NCBI GenBank assembly: GCA_963845245.1
Contig: CAWJRJ010000011.1
Coordinates: 134,816 to 198,815, forward strand
Origin: Nitrospirota bacterium
GTDB taxonomy: Bacteria > Nitrospirota > JACRHJ01
DNA length: 64,000 nucleotides
Reading direction: 5' to 3'
A model generated the notes under the pieces. The model did not search any database and had not been told where the DNA came from. It saw only the letters and a list, made by a program, of their open reading frames with translations. Of this stretch, positions 21,808 through 38,749 are shown one piece after another; position 1 is the stretch's first letter; the number at the start of each line of letters is the position of its first letter. Both the position numbers and the translations under genes were made by a program.

Positions 21808-21898
21808 CACTTTTCTTTTACAAAAAAGAAAGTGCCCCAAAGAAAATGTTAATTTAGAAATAAAATTTCTTGGGCCGCCTTCTTTACAAAGAAGGCGG
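21808..21898. repeat. A/T-rich hairpin+mirror-tail repeat, inverted pair
   Basis: Hairpin 21808-21834 plus tail; TTTCTTGGG-CCGCCTTCTTT-AC-AAAGAAGGCGG. Confidence 0.85.
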
Positions 21899-21907
21899 GA
21901 ACTTGCC

Positions 21908-22779
21908 CTACGGTATTACTTTGTTCAGCGGATACTCGACGATGCCCGGATGCGCCGTGTTTGCTTGAGCTTCGGTATCAGGTCGCGCACCTTCTTCTCG
22001 TCTATTATCACCTCGATGCTCACCCACTTCGGGTCCTTGTGCTGGCTGACCGTCGGCGAGTGCATCGCGGGGAGCACCTTCGTGACCTCATCCAGGTTCT
22101 TAAGCGGCAGGTTCATTTTGAGGCCTACCTTTTCCTCGGCCATCAGCGCGCCCTGGAGGAGCATGTTCAGGTTTGCCAGCTTCTCCTTTATCCACGGGTC
22201 CTTGTAGGACTCCTTGTTGGCGATCAGGCGGGTGGTGGACTCGAGCATCACCTCGACGATGCGGAGGTTGTTGGCCCGAAGCGAGCTGCCGGTCTCGGTA
22301 AGTTCGACGATGGCGTCCGCGAGCTTCGGCGGCTTCACCTCCGTCGCGCCCCAGGAGAACTCCACGTCGGCAGTCACGCCGCGCTTCTTCAGGAACCGCT
22401 TGGTGTAGCCCACAAGCTCGGTGGCGACCCTTTTGCCTTGCAGGTCCTCGACCTTCGTTATCGGCGAGTCCTCGGGGACGGCCACGACCCAGCGCACCGG
22501 ACGAAGGCCCTCTTTGGCGTAGTTCAGCTCCGCGACCGATTCCACCTTCGCGCCCTGCTCCATTATCCAGTCGTAGCCGGTGAGGCCCGCGTCGAGGATG
22601 CCGTCTTCGACGTAACGCGCCATCTCCTGCGCGCGTATCAGCATGCACTCTATCTCCGGGTCGTCGATGTTCGGGTAGTATGACCGGCTTCTGACGGTGA
22701 TGTTGAAGCCCGCCTTCTTGAAGATCTTGAGGGTTGACTCCTGGAGGCTGCCCTTGGGTATACCGAGACGAAGTATCAT
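21908..22779 (-). CDS. hisG: ATP phosphoribosyltransferase, long form (C-terminal indels)
   Basis: [21 protein letters not shown]; ends [11 protein letters not shown] in another frame. Confidence 0.93.
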
Positions 22780-22805
22780 CTAAAAAACTCCTTTGATAAA
22801 GACCC

Positions 22806-22900
22806 CACTTTCTTTTGGAAAAGAAAGTGAACAAAGAAAATCGCTACTTGATAATATTGGTTTTCTTTGGCTACTTTTCTTTTTTCCAAAAGAAAAGTAG
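22806..22900. repeat. A/T-rich hairpin+mirror-tail repeat, inverted pair
   Basis: CACTTTCTTTT-GG-AAAAGAAAGTG-AAC-AAAGAAAA; partner 22861-22900. Confidence 0.85.
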
Positions 22901-22903
22901 GAA

Positions 22904-24193
22904 TTAATCTTCCAGCCGTATCTCAACCATGCGGCCGTGCGCTTCGAGGCCTTCCATCTTCGTAAGGCGAAGCACTTCTGGGGCGACCTCCGCGAGCGCC
23001 TCTTTCGTATACGAAAGGATGCTGGACTTCTTCACGAAGTCGTCAAGGGAGAGCGGCGAGAAGAACCGCGCCGTGCCGCCCGTTGGGAGCACGTGGTTCG
23101 GGCCTGCGATATAATCGCCGACCGCCTCGGGTGTGTAGTGGCCCATGAATATCGCGCCCGCGTTCTTTATGAGCGGCAGCAGTTCGAACGGCCTGTCAAC
23201 GGCCAGCTCAAGGTGCTCGGGAGCGATCCGGTTTGCGATGTAGGCGGCCTCTTTCAGGTCCTTCACGATTATCACCGCGCCGAAATCGGCAAGCGACTTC
23301 TTCGCGATGTCGCGACGGGAAAGCTTCTCCACCTGTTTTTCGAGTTCTTTCACAACTTCTTTTGCAAGCGCCGCATCGTCAGTAACAAGCACCGCAGACG
23401 CCATCTCGTCGTGCTCGGCCTGGGACAGCATGTCAGCCGCAACGAATGCAGGGCGCGCCGTCCTGTCGGCGACAACGAGTATCTCGGACGGGCCAGCCAC
23501 CATGTCGATATCGACCGTGCCGAACACCAGCCTCTTGGCCGTGGCGACGTATATGTTGCCCGGGCCGACTATCTTGTCAACCTTAGGGATGGTCTTGGTG
23601 CCGTATGCCATGGCCGCGATCGCCTGTGCGCCGCCAACCTTGTATATCTCGTCCACGCCCGCAAGGTCGGCCGCGACGAGCACGCCGGGGTTGATCTTCC
23701 CGCCGGGCGCGGGCACGCACATCACTATGTTATTTACACCGGCAACCTTTGCCGGGACGGTGTTCATCAGCACCGATGACGGGTAGGAGGCCTTGCCACC
23801 GGGCACGTATACACCGACGCTCTCAAGCGGCAGGACGCGCTGGCCGAGCATTGCGCCGTTGTCTTCCTGGATGAACCACGACTCCTGCCTCTGCCTGTCG
23901 TGAAAGTCGGCAATACGTCGCGCCGCCAGGAGGAGCGCGTCAACGTCCTCGTCCGGCACCACCTTGTACGCCTTCATTATCTCCTCTTCGCTTACCCGCA
24001 TCTTCTTCGGGGTGAGCTTGACGGAGTCGAAGCGCTCGGTATACTCGATTACAGCCGCGTCGCCGTCCTTTTTGACTGCCGCTATAATCTGCTTTACCTG
24101 CTTCTCGATTGCGGCAGGCACCTCGCCCGCGCGGCCCTCGATCTTCTTAAAGAACGACTCGAAATCTTTTTGTCCCGATTTTATAATTCGCAT
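22904..24193 (-). CDS. hisD: Histidinol dehydrogenase
   Basis: YVPGG, GPGN, AGPSE, SQAEH, GPNHVLPT. Confidence 0.96.
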   Translation of the reverse strand: MRIIKSGQKDFESFFKKIEGRAGEVPAAIEKQVKQIIAAVKKDGDAAVIEYTERFDSVKLTPKKMRVSEEEIMKAYKVVPDEDVDALLLAARRIADFHDRQRQESWFIQEDNGAMLGQRVLPLESVGVYVPGGKASYPSSVLMNTVPAKVAGVNNIVMCVPAPGGKINPGVLVAADLAGVDEIYKVGGAQAIAAMAYGTKTIPKVDKIVGPGNIYVATAKRLVFGTVDIDMVAGPSEILVVADRTARPAFVAADMLSQAEHDEMASAVLVTDDAALAKEVVKELEKQVEKLSRRDIAKKSLADFGAVIIVKDLKEAAYIANRIAPEHLELAVDRPFELLPLIKNAGAIFMGHYTPEAVGDYIAGPNHVLPTGGTARFFSPLSLDDFVKKSSILSYTKEALAEVAPEVLRLTKMEGLEAHGRMVEIRLED

Positions 24194-24219
24194 TGTAAAA
24201 GCCCAAAGTAAAAAGCAAA

Positions 24220-24257
24220 CCGCCACCTTTTTTGTAAAAAAGGTGCGCGCCAAAAAA
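24220..24257. repeat. A/T-rich hairpin+mirror-tail repeat, single
   Basis: Near-exact reverse complement of 17576-17615. Confidence 0.8.
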
Positions 24258-24262
24258 TTAGG

Positions 24263-25513
24263 TTAGCCTACCCTTTTAATGCGGGCCCCAAGCGCCTGGA
24301 GTTTCTCTTCCATGTTCTCGTAGCCGCGGTCGAGGTGGTACACGCGCGATATCTCTGACGAGCCGCTCGCGGCAAGCGCTGCCACGACAAGCGATGCGCT
24401 TGCGCGCAGGTCTGTCGCCATGACGGGCGCACCCAGGAGCTGCTTGACGCCGGTGATTACAGCCGCATTGCCCTGTACCTTGATGTTTGCGCCCATCCTC
24501 TTCAGTTCCGCGATATGCATGAACCGGTTCTCGAACACCGTCTCGGTAATGACCGAGAGCCCTTCCGACATGCACATGAGCGCCATGAACTGCGCCTGCA
24601 TGTCCGTCGGGAAGCCCGGATAGGGAAGGGTCTTGACATCGACCGACTTCGGCCTCTTCAGGCACATGAGCTTGATCCAGTCCTTGCCGGTCTCAATCTC
24701 AAGCCCGGCCTCCTTCAGCTTCTGAAGGAGCGGGGTGGAATGCTCCGGCACGCAGTCGCGCACCATTATCTCGCCGCCCGTAATCGCGCCTGCGGTGAGG
24801 AATGTCCCGGTCTCTATCCTGTCCGGCATTACGGAATATTTCGCAGGCTTGAGGGTATCTACGCCCTCTATCCTTATGGTATCGGTGCCTGCGCCGCGCA
24901 CCCGCGCTCCCATCGCATTCAGGTAGTTTGCAAGGTCGGTGATCTCCGGTTCGCACGCGGCGTTCTCCAGAGTCGTCATACCGTCCGCAAGCGTGGCCGC
25001 CATCATGAGGTTCTCGGTGCCGGTGACCGTCGGCATATCGAGGTATATCTTCGCACCCTTCAGCCTCTTCGCAGATGCCACCACGTATCCGTGCTCTATC
25101 TCCACCTTCGCGCCCATCTTCTCAAGGCCCATCAGGTGCAGGTTTATCGGCCTCTCGCCGATTGCGCAGCCGCCTGGGAGCGATACCTTCGCACGGCCCA
25201 ACCGCGCGACGAGCGGCCCGAGCACAAGCACGGAGGCGCGCATCGTCTTGACCAGGTCGTAGGGCGCCTCGTCCTTGTTGACCTTCTTGGTATTTATGTG
25301 ATATGTGCCGTCAGCGTGCTCCACCTTCGCGCCGAGCCCTTCGAGGAGCTTGCCCATGGTGGATACGTCCTTCAGAACCGGGACGTTGGTGATAGTGTTC
25401 TCGCCTGGCGCGAGTATGGTTGCGCAAAGGATCGGCAGCGCGGCGTTCTTCGCCCCGCTTATCTTGACCTCGCCCTTGAGCCTCTTGCCGCCTTCGATTA
25501 CGATGGACTGCAT
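24263..25513 (-). CDS. murA: UDP-GlcNAc enolpyruvyl transferase
   Basis: [31 protein letters not shown]. Confidence 0.97.
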   Translation of the reverse strand: MQSIVIEGGKRLKGEVKISGAKNAALPILCATILAPGENTITNVPVLKDVSTMGKLLEGLGAKVEHADGTYHINTKKVNKDEAPYDLVKTMRASVLVLGPLVARLGRAKVSLPGGCAIGERPINLHLMGLEKMGAKVEIEHGYVVASAKRLKGAKIYLDMPTVTGTENLMMAATLADGMTTLENAACEPEITDLANYLNAMGARVRGAGTDTIRIEGVDTLKPAKYSVMPDRIETGTFLTAGAITGGEIMVRDCVPEHSTPLLQKLKEAGLEIETGKDWIKLMCLKRPKSVDVKTLPYPGFPTDMQAQFMALMCMSEGLSVITETVFENRFMHIAELKRMGANIKVQGNAAVITGVKQLLGAPVMATDLRASASLVVAALAASGSSEISRVYHLDRGYENMEEKLQALGARIKRVG

Positions 25514-25532
25514 TTTACCCCGCCTCTGCCCG

Positions 25533-26390
25533 TTATGACTTGCGGGCGAATAGGACCCGCTCGATGCCAGCGAAGTCCGAAATATATTTTATGTATTCAA
25601 GGCCGGGCAGGGCTTCCACGATATCCCTCACCGCGCCCGCCTGCCCGAAACCCGTCTCAATCAATAGCCCCCCGCCGGGCTTGAGATACTCCGGCGCCTG
25701 TCTTATAATTTCACGTACTATGTCCAGGCCGTCCGGCCCGCCGTCCAGTGCCTGCAACGGTTCAAAACCAACTTCGGCCTGGAGTCCCGGTATATCCACC
25801 GAAGGTATATACGGCGGGTTTGAGACTATGAGGTCAAGCCCGCCCGCAAGGCCCGCTTGCGCAAGCGGCCCGAAGAGGTCGCCCCTTAGCAACCGGACCC
25901 GCCCTGCCACGCCGTTTAGCTCTGCGTTTTCGCCCGCTATCTTGAACGCCGCATCGGAACTGTCGATTGCGTATATTACAGCTTCCGGAAGGCCAGCCGC
26001 AAGGGAAATTGCTATGCAGCCGCTTCCCGTACCGATATCCGCAGCCGTCCTGCCGCCGCTCTCCTTGAGGAAGGCGATTCCCTCCTCGACGATTATCTCG
26101 GTCTCGGGGCGCGGCACCAGTACGCCGGGTGCAACATGAAAAGTGAGCCCGTAGAACTCCTGCCTGCCGGTTATGTATTGAAGCGGCTCGCGGCTCGCGC
26201 GCCGTGCTACAAATTTATGGAACCTGTCCGCAGCATCAGCATCCGGAGTATCCTTCAGCCTTGCAAGCACTCCGGCCCGGTTCATGCCGAGCGCCTCTGC
26301 CATCAGAAGTTCGGCCTCGAACAAGGACTCGCCCACGCCTGCCGCGCTAAGGGCGTCAGCCGCCTCGCGAAGCAGCGACGCGACGCTCAT
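25533..26390 (-). CDS. prmC: Release factor glutamine methyltransferase
   Basis: VPRPETE, DIGTGSG, NPPY. Confidence 0.95.
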   Translation of the reverse strand: MSVASLLREAADALSAAGVGESLFEAELLMAEALGMNRAGVLARLKDTPDADAADRFHKFVARRASREPLQYITGRQEFYGLTFHVAPGVLVPRPETEIIVEEGIAFLKESGGRTAADIGTGSGCIAISLAAGLPEAVIYAIDSSDAAFKIAGENAELNGVAGRVRLLRGDLFGPLAQAGLAGGLDLIVSNPPYIPSVDIPGLQAEVGFEPLQALDGGPDGLDIVREIIRQAPEYLKPGGGLLIETGFGQAGAVRDIVEALPGLEYIKYISDFAGIERVLFARKS

Positions 26391-27458
26391 CACAGCTCCT
26401 GCAGACGCTCCGCGTTGAAGCTGGTGACAAGCGCGTCTATCGTCTCGTCGAGGTCGCCTTCCATTATGGATTCAAGCTTGTAGAGCGTAAGCCCGACACG
26501 GTGGTCGGTCAGCCTGTTCTGCGGGAAGTTGTAGGTGCGTATCCGTTCGCTGCGGTCGCCCGTGCCCACCTGGCTCTTTCGTTCCTGGGAACGCTCGGCG
26601 TCCGCCTCGGCGGTCTTCAGTTCAAGCGAGCCTGGCCTGGAGCACCTTCATGCCCTTGGCCTTGTTCTTTAGCTGGGAACGCTCGTCCTGGCACGACACG
26701 ACAAGCCCCGTGGGAATGTGCGTTATCCTTATCGCGGAATAGGTGGTGTTGACGCACTGGCCGCCCGGCCCGGACGCGCAGAATATGTCTATGCGCAGGT
26801 CCTTCTGGTCGATCTTTACGTCGGCCTCGTCCGCCTCCGGCAGTATGGCGACCGTCGCGGCGGAGGTGTGTATCCTGCCGCTCGACTCGGTGGTCGGGAC
26901 CCTCTGCACGCGGTGCACGCCGCTCTCGTACTTCAGCCGGGAGTAGACCGCCTTGCCGGTGACCATCGCTATTATTTCCTTCAGGCCGCCGCCGCCGGTG
27001 AGGCTCTCGCTCATCACCTCGACCTTCCAGCGCCTCTTCTCGGCGTACTTCGTGTACATGCGGTAGAGGTCTGCCGCAAAGAGCGCCGCCTCGTCGCCGC
27101 CGGTCCCGGCCCGGATCTCCAGGAATATGTTCTTCTCGTCGTTGGGGTCCTTCGGCACCAGGAGGAGCTTTATCTCACGCTCTAACTCTTCCTTTTTCGC
27201 CTTGAAGTCCGCAAGCTCGACCTGCGCCAGCTCGCGGAAGTCCGCGTCCGACTTCTTGTCGTTTATTATCTCCTCGGCCTCGGCTATGCCCTTATCCACT
27301 TCCTGATACTCGCGGTACTTCTCCACGATCTCGGATATATCCGACTGCTCCTTGGAGTAGCGCATGAAATCCTGCTGGTTTGCGTGCACTACCGGGTCGG
27401 ACAAAAGCCTTGTCAGCTCTTCGTACTTCGCTACTACCGATTCTAACTTACCAAACAC
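26390..27458 (-). CDS. prfA: Peptide chain release factor 1 (indel near 26620)
   Basis: VQRVPTTE (PxT), [12 protein letters not shown]. Confidence 0.95.
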
Positions 27459-28414
27459 GATGAGACCTCTTGTTTCCCCTCGTTCTCCATTACCAGTGCC
27501 TCGCGAAGCGCGGCGAGCGCGACCTCCAACTGGTCGTCCGACGGCTCACTGGTGGTGACCCGCTGGAGCCACAGGCCCGGCTGGATGAGGGCGTTGATAA
27601 GGGCGTTGCCCTTTTTCTTTGCCGAAAAACGTATGAATTCATAGGAAAGCCCGGCCACGAGCGGTATAAGCACCAGCCGCGAGAGGGCCTTCACATAAAA
27701 CGCCGAATCCTTCGGGATGAAGGAGAAAACCAGTATGCTGAGCACCATGACGATGAGCAGGAAGCTCGTCCCGCAGCGCGGGTGGAGCGTCGGGTACTTG
27801 CGCGCGTTCTCCACGGTAAGCTCTTCGCCCGCCTCGTACGTGAATATCGACTTGTGCTCCGCGCCGTGGTACTCGAACACCCGCTTTATGTCCTTCATCA
27901 TCGAGATGCCGGATATGTAGAGCAGGAAGAGCCCTATCCTTATCACGCCGTCGACCAGGTTGAACACTATCGAGCTGGACTGCGTGAGCGGCAAAATGTT
28001 CTTCATAAGCTGCGTGAGGTAGAGCGGGAGGTAGAAGAACAGCAGCAGCCCCAGGCCGACCGAGAGGACCATCGTCCCGCCTATCGCCCAGTCGGACATC
28101 TTGTTCGTCTTCTCCTTGGCGATCTCGCAGACCTCGGAGGCCGGCATGTCCTTCTTCGTCTCCTCCTCAAGCGCACAGTTGGCCGAGAAGTTCAGGGCCT
28201 TCATCCCCAGCGCAAGCGCGGAGAAGAGCGTTATCGTGCCCCGGAGTATCGGCCACTTTACGAACTTGAACCTGTCGCTCAAAAGCGTCAGCGGGTCGCG
28301 CTTCATGACGATCTCCCCGCTCGGGGTGCGCACCGCCACCGTCATGCTCCTGGGCGCACGCATCATCACGCCCTCGATTACCGCCTGCCCGCCTACACTG
28401 ATACTTTCCGGCAT
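27443..28414 (-). CDS. DUF1385 membrane protein
   Basis: [26 protein letters not shown]. Confidence 0.9.
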   Translation of the reverse strand: MPESISVGGQAVIEGVMMRAPRSMTVAVRTPSGEIVMKRDPLTLLSDRFKFVKWPILRGTITLFSALALGMKALNFSANCALEEETKKDMPASEVCEIAKEKTNKMSDWAIGGTMVLSVGLGLLLFFYLPLYLTQLMKNILPLTQSSSIVFNLVDGVIRIGLFLLYISGISMMKDIKRVFEYHGAEHKSIFTYEAGEELTVENARKYPTLHPRCGTSFLLIVMVLSILVFSFIPKDSAFYVKALSRLVLIPLVAGLSYEFIRFSAKKKGNALINALIQPGLWLQRVTTSEPSDDQLEVALAALREALVMENEGKQEVSSCLVS

Positions 28415-28434
28415 TATTACCTCTACTTCAAAAC

Positions 28435-28470
28435 CGCTACCTTTCTTGTAAGAAAGGTAGCACCAAAGAA
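28435..28470. repeat. A/T-rich hairpin+mirror-tail repeat, single
   Basis: GCTACCTTTCTT-GT-AAGAAAGGTAGC-ACC-AAAGAA. Confidence 0.8.
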
Positions 28471-28541
28471 TTTAAATGACGTCGCCCTGCTTCTTTGAAG
28501 CGAGGTAACGTGAGATGAACCATTGACCCCTTAAAGCAACA

Positions 28542-28575
28542 ATAGGAAACCTGCCTTGCCGGGCGGGTTTCCTAT
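28542..28575 (-). terminator. Hairpin downstream of rpmE
   Basis: ATAGGAAACCTGCC/GGCGGGTTTCCTAT; weak U-tract. Confidence 0.5.
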
Positions 28576-28599
28576 CGTTAAAACAAACGGGATGTTTAG

Positions 28600-28810
28600 C
28601 TAAGCCTTTTTCTGCGCCCCGTACTTCTTCATGAAACGTTCCACGCGGCCTTCGGTGTCCATCAACTTCTGCTTGCCGGTGTAGAACGGGTGGCACTTGG
28701 AGCAGACTTCGACCGATATGGCTCTTCCTGGTGGAACGGGTTTCAATGACTTCCCCGCACGCACACTTTATCTGTACGTCTTCGTATTTCGGATGTATGC
28801 CTTCCTTCAC
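28600..28810 (-). CDS. rpmE: 50S ribosomal protein L31 (indel near 28720)
   Basis: [20 protein letters not shown]...GRVERF in second frame. Confidence 0.92.
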
Positions 28811-28945
28811 TTTCTAATCCTCCTCAAGTTAAATTGGCAGGTCTTTGTCTGCCGGGTTAAGCTATTAGAACCAAGTCCTAATAAACACATAAAAATATAT
28901 ATTATAGCAGTAATTTCCGGTTTTACAAGCGTTTTTTGCGCCTGG

Positions 28946-31446
<2,501 letters not shown>

Positions 31447-31472
31447 GTATGTATTTCCTGGTTATTTTGTAT

Positions 31473-32072
31473 TTAAACTAGTAATTTTTTTCTATCTGTT
31501 GAAATGAAATCTTCAAGTGCTAGGATAACTTTTGCAGATAGCTCATCCAAAATAATGATTGTTTTCTCCATTCTTCCGGGTTGAGTGTCTTCCCATTCAC
31601 TTGGAACTCCACGAAATCCATCTCGCAAATCAAATGTATTATATCTTATATATGTCAAGAGGTTCGTTTATGCAATCATATAAATTTTTTCTCTTTGTTT
31701 CAATTAATTCGTCCAGAAAAAAACATTCGGGTTGATTCCACTTATCATAAAATCTCCATAATTGGTCAAGAGTGTCATCCCGATATTCCCAAACACCCTT
31801 TTGATTGAGCAAACTATTGTATGCTTCCTGAGGAGGCGAGGATCTTCTAAAAATTTCTGATATAATAATTTATCTGCCTTTTATCTGCTCTCCCGCTGTC
31901 CCGTATATCCTGTTTTGAGATGGGCCTTATGGGCCATTAAGCTCTTTAGCATATTCGTGTTTAACAGATTCTTCAATCCTTGTTCCAATCCATTTTTATT
32001 CCTACGAAAGAAGCTGCTCCTATAAGTATTGCCGTATCCTCCGATGCTGCTTCCAAATGTTATCCAATCCAT
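31473..32072 (-). pseudogene. AT-rich ~200-aa hypothetical gene with N-terminal TM helix, broken by several indels, between gyrB and gyrA
   Basis: Stitched frames: MDWITFGSSIGG/TAILIGAASFVGIK/WIGTRIEESVKHEYAKEL...LWRFYDKWNQPE...DRKKLLV. Confidence 0.5.
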
Positions 32073-32088
32073 AGGACGCATCCACCAA

Positions 32089-32267
32089 TTATCGGTTTGC
32101 CGGAGCCGGCAAAGTGATCGACCATTTTCTTGGCATTCAGGAAAATGGTTTTATTATAAGGGCCGACACATGGGTACGGCCCCTACATGAAATAACAGAT
32201 TCTTCGCTTCGCTCAGAATGACAATCTGTTTTTTATCCGACCATATTGCCGACGTCGGCAATATGGT
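32089..32267. repeat. Cluster of palindromic REP-like elements
   Basis: Hairpins 32089-32118, 32121-32149, 32240-32267 (28-bp perfect); GTAG-type REP 32160-32187 (minus); GTCATTCTGAGCGAAGCGAAGAATCT 32198-32222 (minus). Confidence 0.75.
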
Positions 32268-32268
32268 T

Positions 32269-34847
<2,579 letters not shown>

Positions 34848-34851
34848 GGTG

Positions 34852-35958
34852 TCACGCTTTTATGTCAGCCCAGCCATCAGGGTCGGCCGTTACTTTGAAA
34901 GAATATCCTTTGTCTTTCAGTAATGTCTTATCCGTCGACGTAAACAACACTTGCCCCAGGCTGGACACGTACTCAAGAAGCGCCTCTTTGCGCCTGTCGT
35001 CCAGCTCGCTTACCGCGTCGTCCAGAAGCAGCACCGGCTGTTCGCCGGACTGCTCGTGGTAGAGCATCGCGTCCGCAAGCACGAGTGCAAGAAGCGCCAG
35101 CCTGCTCTGCCCGCGCGACGCCGTCGCCTTAAGCTCCCGGCCAGAGATCGTGAGCGCCAGGTCGTCCGTATGCGGACCTGCCAGGCAGTGGCCGCGCTTT
35201 AGACTGTCCTGCCGCTTCTTCTCGAGTATACGTCCGGTAGCAGGACCTCAAGCTCTGCCTTGTCACTGCCCTTGGCGTGGCTCTTATAGAGCAGGCCCAG
35301 ACTCCCGGCGCCCAGTACTTTATCGAACAGCTCGGCGGCGACCGGCATCAGCTCTTCCGCACGCACGCGCCGCCTTAAACCAACCTCGGCCGCAAGGGGC
35401 GCAAGCACTTCCTCATACGAGGCGACGACTTTAATATCCCTTGCCTTCAGAGCTGCGTTCAACTGCCGTACCGCCGCGCCGTACCGGGTCGCCATGTCGA
35501 GGTAGCCCGGCGTTGCATGGAATATCGAGCGGTCGAGGAACCGCCTGCGGCTTGAGGGGTACTCCTTCACCAGGAACAGGTCTTCCGGCGAGAAGCTTAT
35601 CACCCGAAGCGCCAGCAGGTAGCGGGCCGAACTCTCCGGCTTCTTGCCGTCAAGCCACGGCCGACGGCCTGCCTTCTCAAGGTCTACCTTGAGCTCATGT
35701 GCCTGGGTGTGGCCCTTTGCGCCTGCCCCGGTAACCATGCGGCCTGAGATGCGCGCCGACTTCTCTTCCCAGGATATGACGGACTGCGCCTTGACGCCCC
35801 TGAAGGAACGCAGGCTGCCCAGTATATGCACGGCCTCGAGCAGGTTCGTCTTGCCCTGCGCGTTGTCCCCGTGGAACAGATTCAAGCCCAGGGCCCAAAT
35901 CCAAATCAAGCGCCCGGTAATTTCTGACCGAACGCAGGGAAATCTTTTTTAAATACAC
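34852..35958 (-). CDS. recF: RecF (indels near 35890 and 35230)
   Basis: GDNAQGKTN, RRRFLD, LLLDDAVSELD. Confidence 0.92.
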
Positions 35959-35965
35959 AAAACCT

Positions 35966-35998
35966 CCACCTTTCTTATAAGAAAGGCGGCCCAAAGAA
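35966..35998. repeat. A/T-rich hairpin+mirror-tail repeat abutting a long hairpin
   Basis: CCACCTTTCTT-AT-AAGAAAGGCGG-CCC-AAAGAA. Confidence 0.8.
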
Positions 35999-36004
35999 TC
36001 TTAA

Positions 36005-36182
36005 GACAATTGGGCGGCCAAACGAACGGGCATTTGGCGAACAAGCTGGAATGACTTAGCGATGCGTAAGCGTACGCGCCGGAAACTGTCTGAGCAAAGC
36101 GAGTTTTTCTGGCGCAGCGTTGCGAGCTTAGTCATTGCCGAGCGAGCCAACCAGCCCGGAAGCTTGGGTGGCCAACTATCGT
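36005..36182. repeat. Long imperfect hairpin, related to 16862-17018
   Basis: CGGGC/GCCCG, TTGGC/GCCAA, AATGACT/AGTCATT, GCGCC/GGCGC nested. Confidence 0.75.
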
Positions 36183-37297
36183 CACACACGCATCGGCATC
36201 ACGACGCAGCGGTATCCGCCGTCGTCCGCCTGGCTTATTATGCAGGGCGAGAGCGAGTCCTTTAAAGAAGGACGACATTGTCGCTGTCCATCGCGGACAG
36301 CGCGTCCAGCAGGTACTTCGCGTTGAACCCGACCTCCATCTCGTCGCCCTTGTATGCGACGGCCAGGTCCTCGTGCGCCTCGCCCATCTCAGGGTTCTGC
36401 GACGAGAGCACGGCCTTTGAGTCGGCAAGCGAGAACTTGACGGCGTTCGTGCGCTCGCGGGAGAGGAGCGATACGCGCTTTAGCGCGGACGAGAGCAGCC
36501 CCTTGTCCACGTTGACAGTCTTGTCGTTGGAGGCCGGTATGACCTGCTCGTAGTTGGGGTAGTTGCCCTCGATCAGCCTGGTGACCATATATAGAGAGCC
36601 CGAGCCTGAACACTATGTGGTTTTTGGACATGGCCATCATCAGCTCGCCCTCGTCCTCGTCGAGGAGCTTCTTAAGCTCGGACGCGGACTTCTTCGGTAT
36701 TATGGCGGAGCCGCCCTGTGCAGAGATGTCGGCGTCGAGCTTCTTCTTGATGACCGCCAGCCTGTGGCCGTCCGTGCCGACCATCTGTATGGTGGCCCCG
36801 TCCGCCTCTTTTGCCAGGGACATGAATATCCCGTTCAGTACGTAGCGAGTATCGTTGTCGCCCGCGGCGAATATCGTCTTGCGGATAAGTTCGCGCATCA
36901 GGTGTGCGTCCACCGGCACGAACTCGGGACCTTCCATGTCCGGAAGCGCCGGGAAATCCTCCTTGGGGAGGCCCGTGAACTTGAAGACCGCGGAGCCGCT
37001 CTTGATCGTTGCCCAGTTGTTCTCGGCAGTCTCGAAGGAGACTTCCTCTGCAGGCAGCTCGCGGACGATCTCGAAGAGCTTCCGTGCCGATATGGCAACG
37101 CCGCCCGGCTCCTCCACCTGCGCCTCGTACACGCCGCGAAGCCCGATCTCAAGGTCGGTGGCCGTGACGGTTATCCCGCCCTCCCCGCTTTCGATCAGGA
37201 CGTTGGAGAGTATCGGCATGGTGTTGCGCCTGTCCGCGACCGACTGGACCCTGGAAAGCCCCTTGAGGAATTCTTCCTTCTTTATCGTGAATTTCAT
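36182..37297 (-). CDS. dnaN: DNA polymerase III beta clamp (indels)
   Basis: ATDLEI, GTDGHRL, YPNYEQVIP, FNAKYL, VVMPMRV. Confidence 0.95.
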
Positions 37298-37326
37298 TAG
37301 AGCAGCCCCTTTCTGAAGTTAGAAAC

Positions 37327-38688
37327 TTAACCCTTTATTGCCTTGGCGAGAGATTCCGCCTCGGCATCCAGCTTTATGTCCGCCGCCCTGCGTTCCTCTA
37401 TCTGCCTGCAGGCATGCATCACGGTGGTGTGGTCTTTTCCCCCGAAGGCCTTGCCTACCTCTGGCAGCGACGCCCCGGCAACGGTACGGCACAGATACAT
37501 CGCCATCTGCCTGGGGTGCACGAGGTTGCGCGTCCTCTTCTTCGACTTGATCTCGGAAACCTTTATCTGATAGTGCTCGGCCACGAGCTTTATGATCTCG
37601 TCCAGGCCCATCACCTTCTCTTTCTCGGTGATGATGTCACGGAGCACGCTCCTGGCAAGTTCCAGGTTGATATCCCTGCCGGTCAGGGAGGAATACGCGC
37701 CGAGCCTGATGAGCGAGCCCTCGAGCTCGCGCACGTTGGACTTTATGTTCGTGGCCAGGAAGATGGTCACGTCCTTGGGTATATTGATACCCTCCTGCAC
37801 CGCCTTCTTGGCGATGATGGCGGCCTTCGTCTCGAGGTCAGGCGGCTGGATGTCGGCTATCAGCCCCCACTCGAACCGCGAGCGGAGTCGCTCCTCCATC
37901 TCCGGCATCTCCTTGGGGAAACGGTCGGACGAGATGATTATCTGTTTCGAGTATTCGTGGAGCGTGTTGAAGGTGTGGAAAAACTCCTCCTGTGTGCGCT
38001 CTTTGCCAGCGATGAACTGTATGTCGTCTATCACCAGCAGGTCGGTGTTGCGGTATTTGTTGCGGAACTCCGCCATGCGGTTGTAATGGATCGAGGCTAT
38101 CAGGTCGTTCGTGAACTCCTCGGAGGTGAGGAAGGTCACCTTGGTCTTCGGGGAACGCTCCTTGACATAGCTGCATATCGCAGAGAGCAGGTGGGTCTTG
38201 CCGAGCCCCACGCCGCCATATACGAAGAGGGGGTTGTAGGCCTTCGCAGGGTTCTCGGCGACGGCAAGCGCCGCGGCGTGCGCGAACTGGTTTGAGGGGC
38301 CCACCACAAAATTGGAGAAATTATATTTAGGATTAATGTTGTGCAGCTTGGTCTTGTGCTTTGGCGGCTCGGCCGGAATCGGGGCAGAGGCTTCCAACTC
38401 GGCCAGACCGGGATGTTCCTGGTCGGGCTCCGTGCCTTTAGCTATCTTAAACAACAGGGACAGGTCCTCTTTTTCGAGGATATCCTTGAAGCTCCTGCTT
38501 AATAGGTCAAAATAGTGCTCGAGGAGCCATTCCTTGAAGAATTTGTTGGGGACATTGAGGATGACGCCGTCGTCCGTGATCGAGTTCAGACGCACCGGCT
38601 TTATCCAGGTGTCAAAGTTCTGCCGGCTGATTTCTCTGGCGACTTTTTTCTGGACCTCGGCCCAAAAGTCTCTTACTTCTTCCTGCAT
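37327..38688 (-). CDS. dnaA: Replication initiator DnaA
   Basis: NPLFVYGGVGLGKTHL, IDDIQF, FGGKDHTTV. Confidence 0.98.
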   Translation of the reverse strand: MQEEVRDFWAEVQKKVAREISRQNFDTWIKPVRLNSITDDGVILNVPNKFFKEWLLEHYFDLLSRSFKDILEKEDLSLLFKIAKGTEPDQEHPGLAELEASAPIPAEPPKHKTKLHNINPKYNFSNFVVGPSNQFAHAAALAVAENPAKAYNPLFVYGGVGLGKTHLLSAICSYVKERSPKTKVTFLTSEEFTNDLIASIHYNRMAEFRNKYRNTDLLVIDDIQFIAGKERTQEEFFHTFNTLHEYSKQIIISSDRFPKEMPEMEERLRSRFEWGLIADIQPPDLETKAAIIAKKAVQEGINIPKDVTIFLATNIKSNVRELEGSLIRLGAYSSLTGRDINLELARSVLRDIITEKEKVMGLDEIIKLVAEHYQIKVSEIKSKKRTRNLVHPRQMAMYLCRTVAGASLPEVGKAFGGKDHTTVMHACRQIEERRAADIKLDAEAESLAKAIKG

Positions 38689-38749
38689 AATAAAAATTCC
38701 TGATTGGCTAAAAGCCTTTTAAACATACAAGTTACAAGGATATTCGCAC

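Noticed and set aside
26600..26640. prfB-like programmed frameshift
   Set aside because: Gene is RF1 (PxT motif); shift is near the C-terminus with no CTT-TGA site
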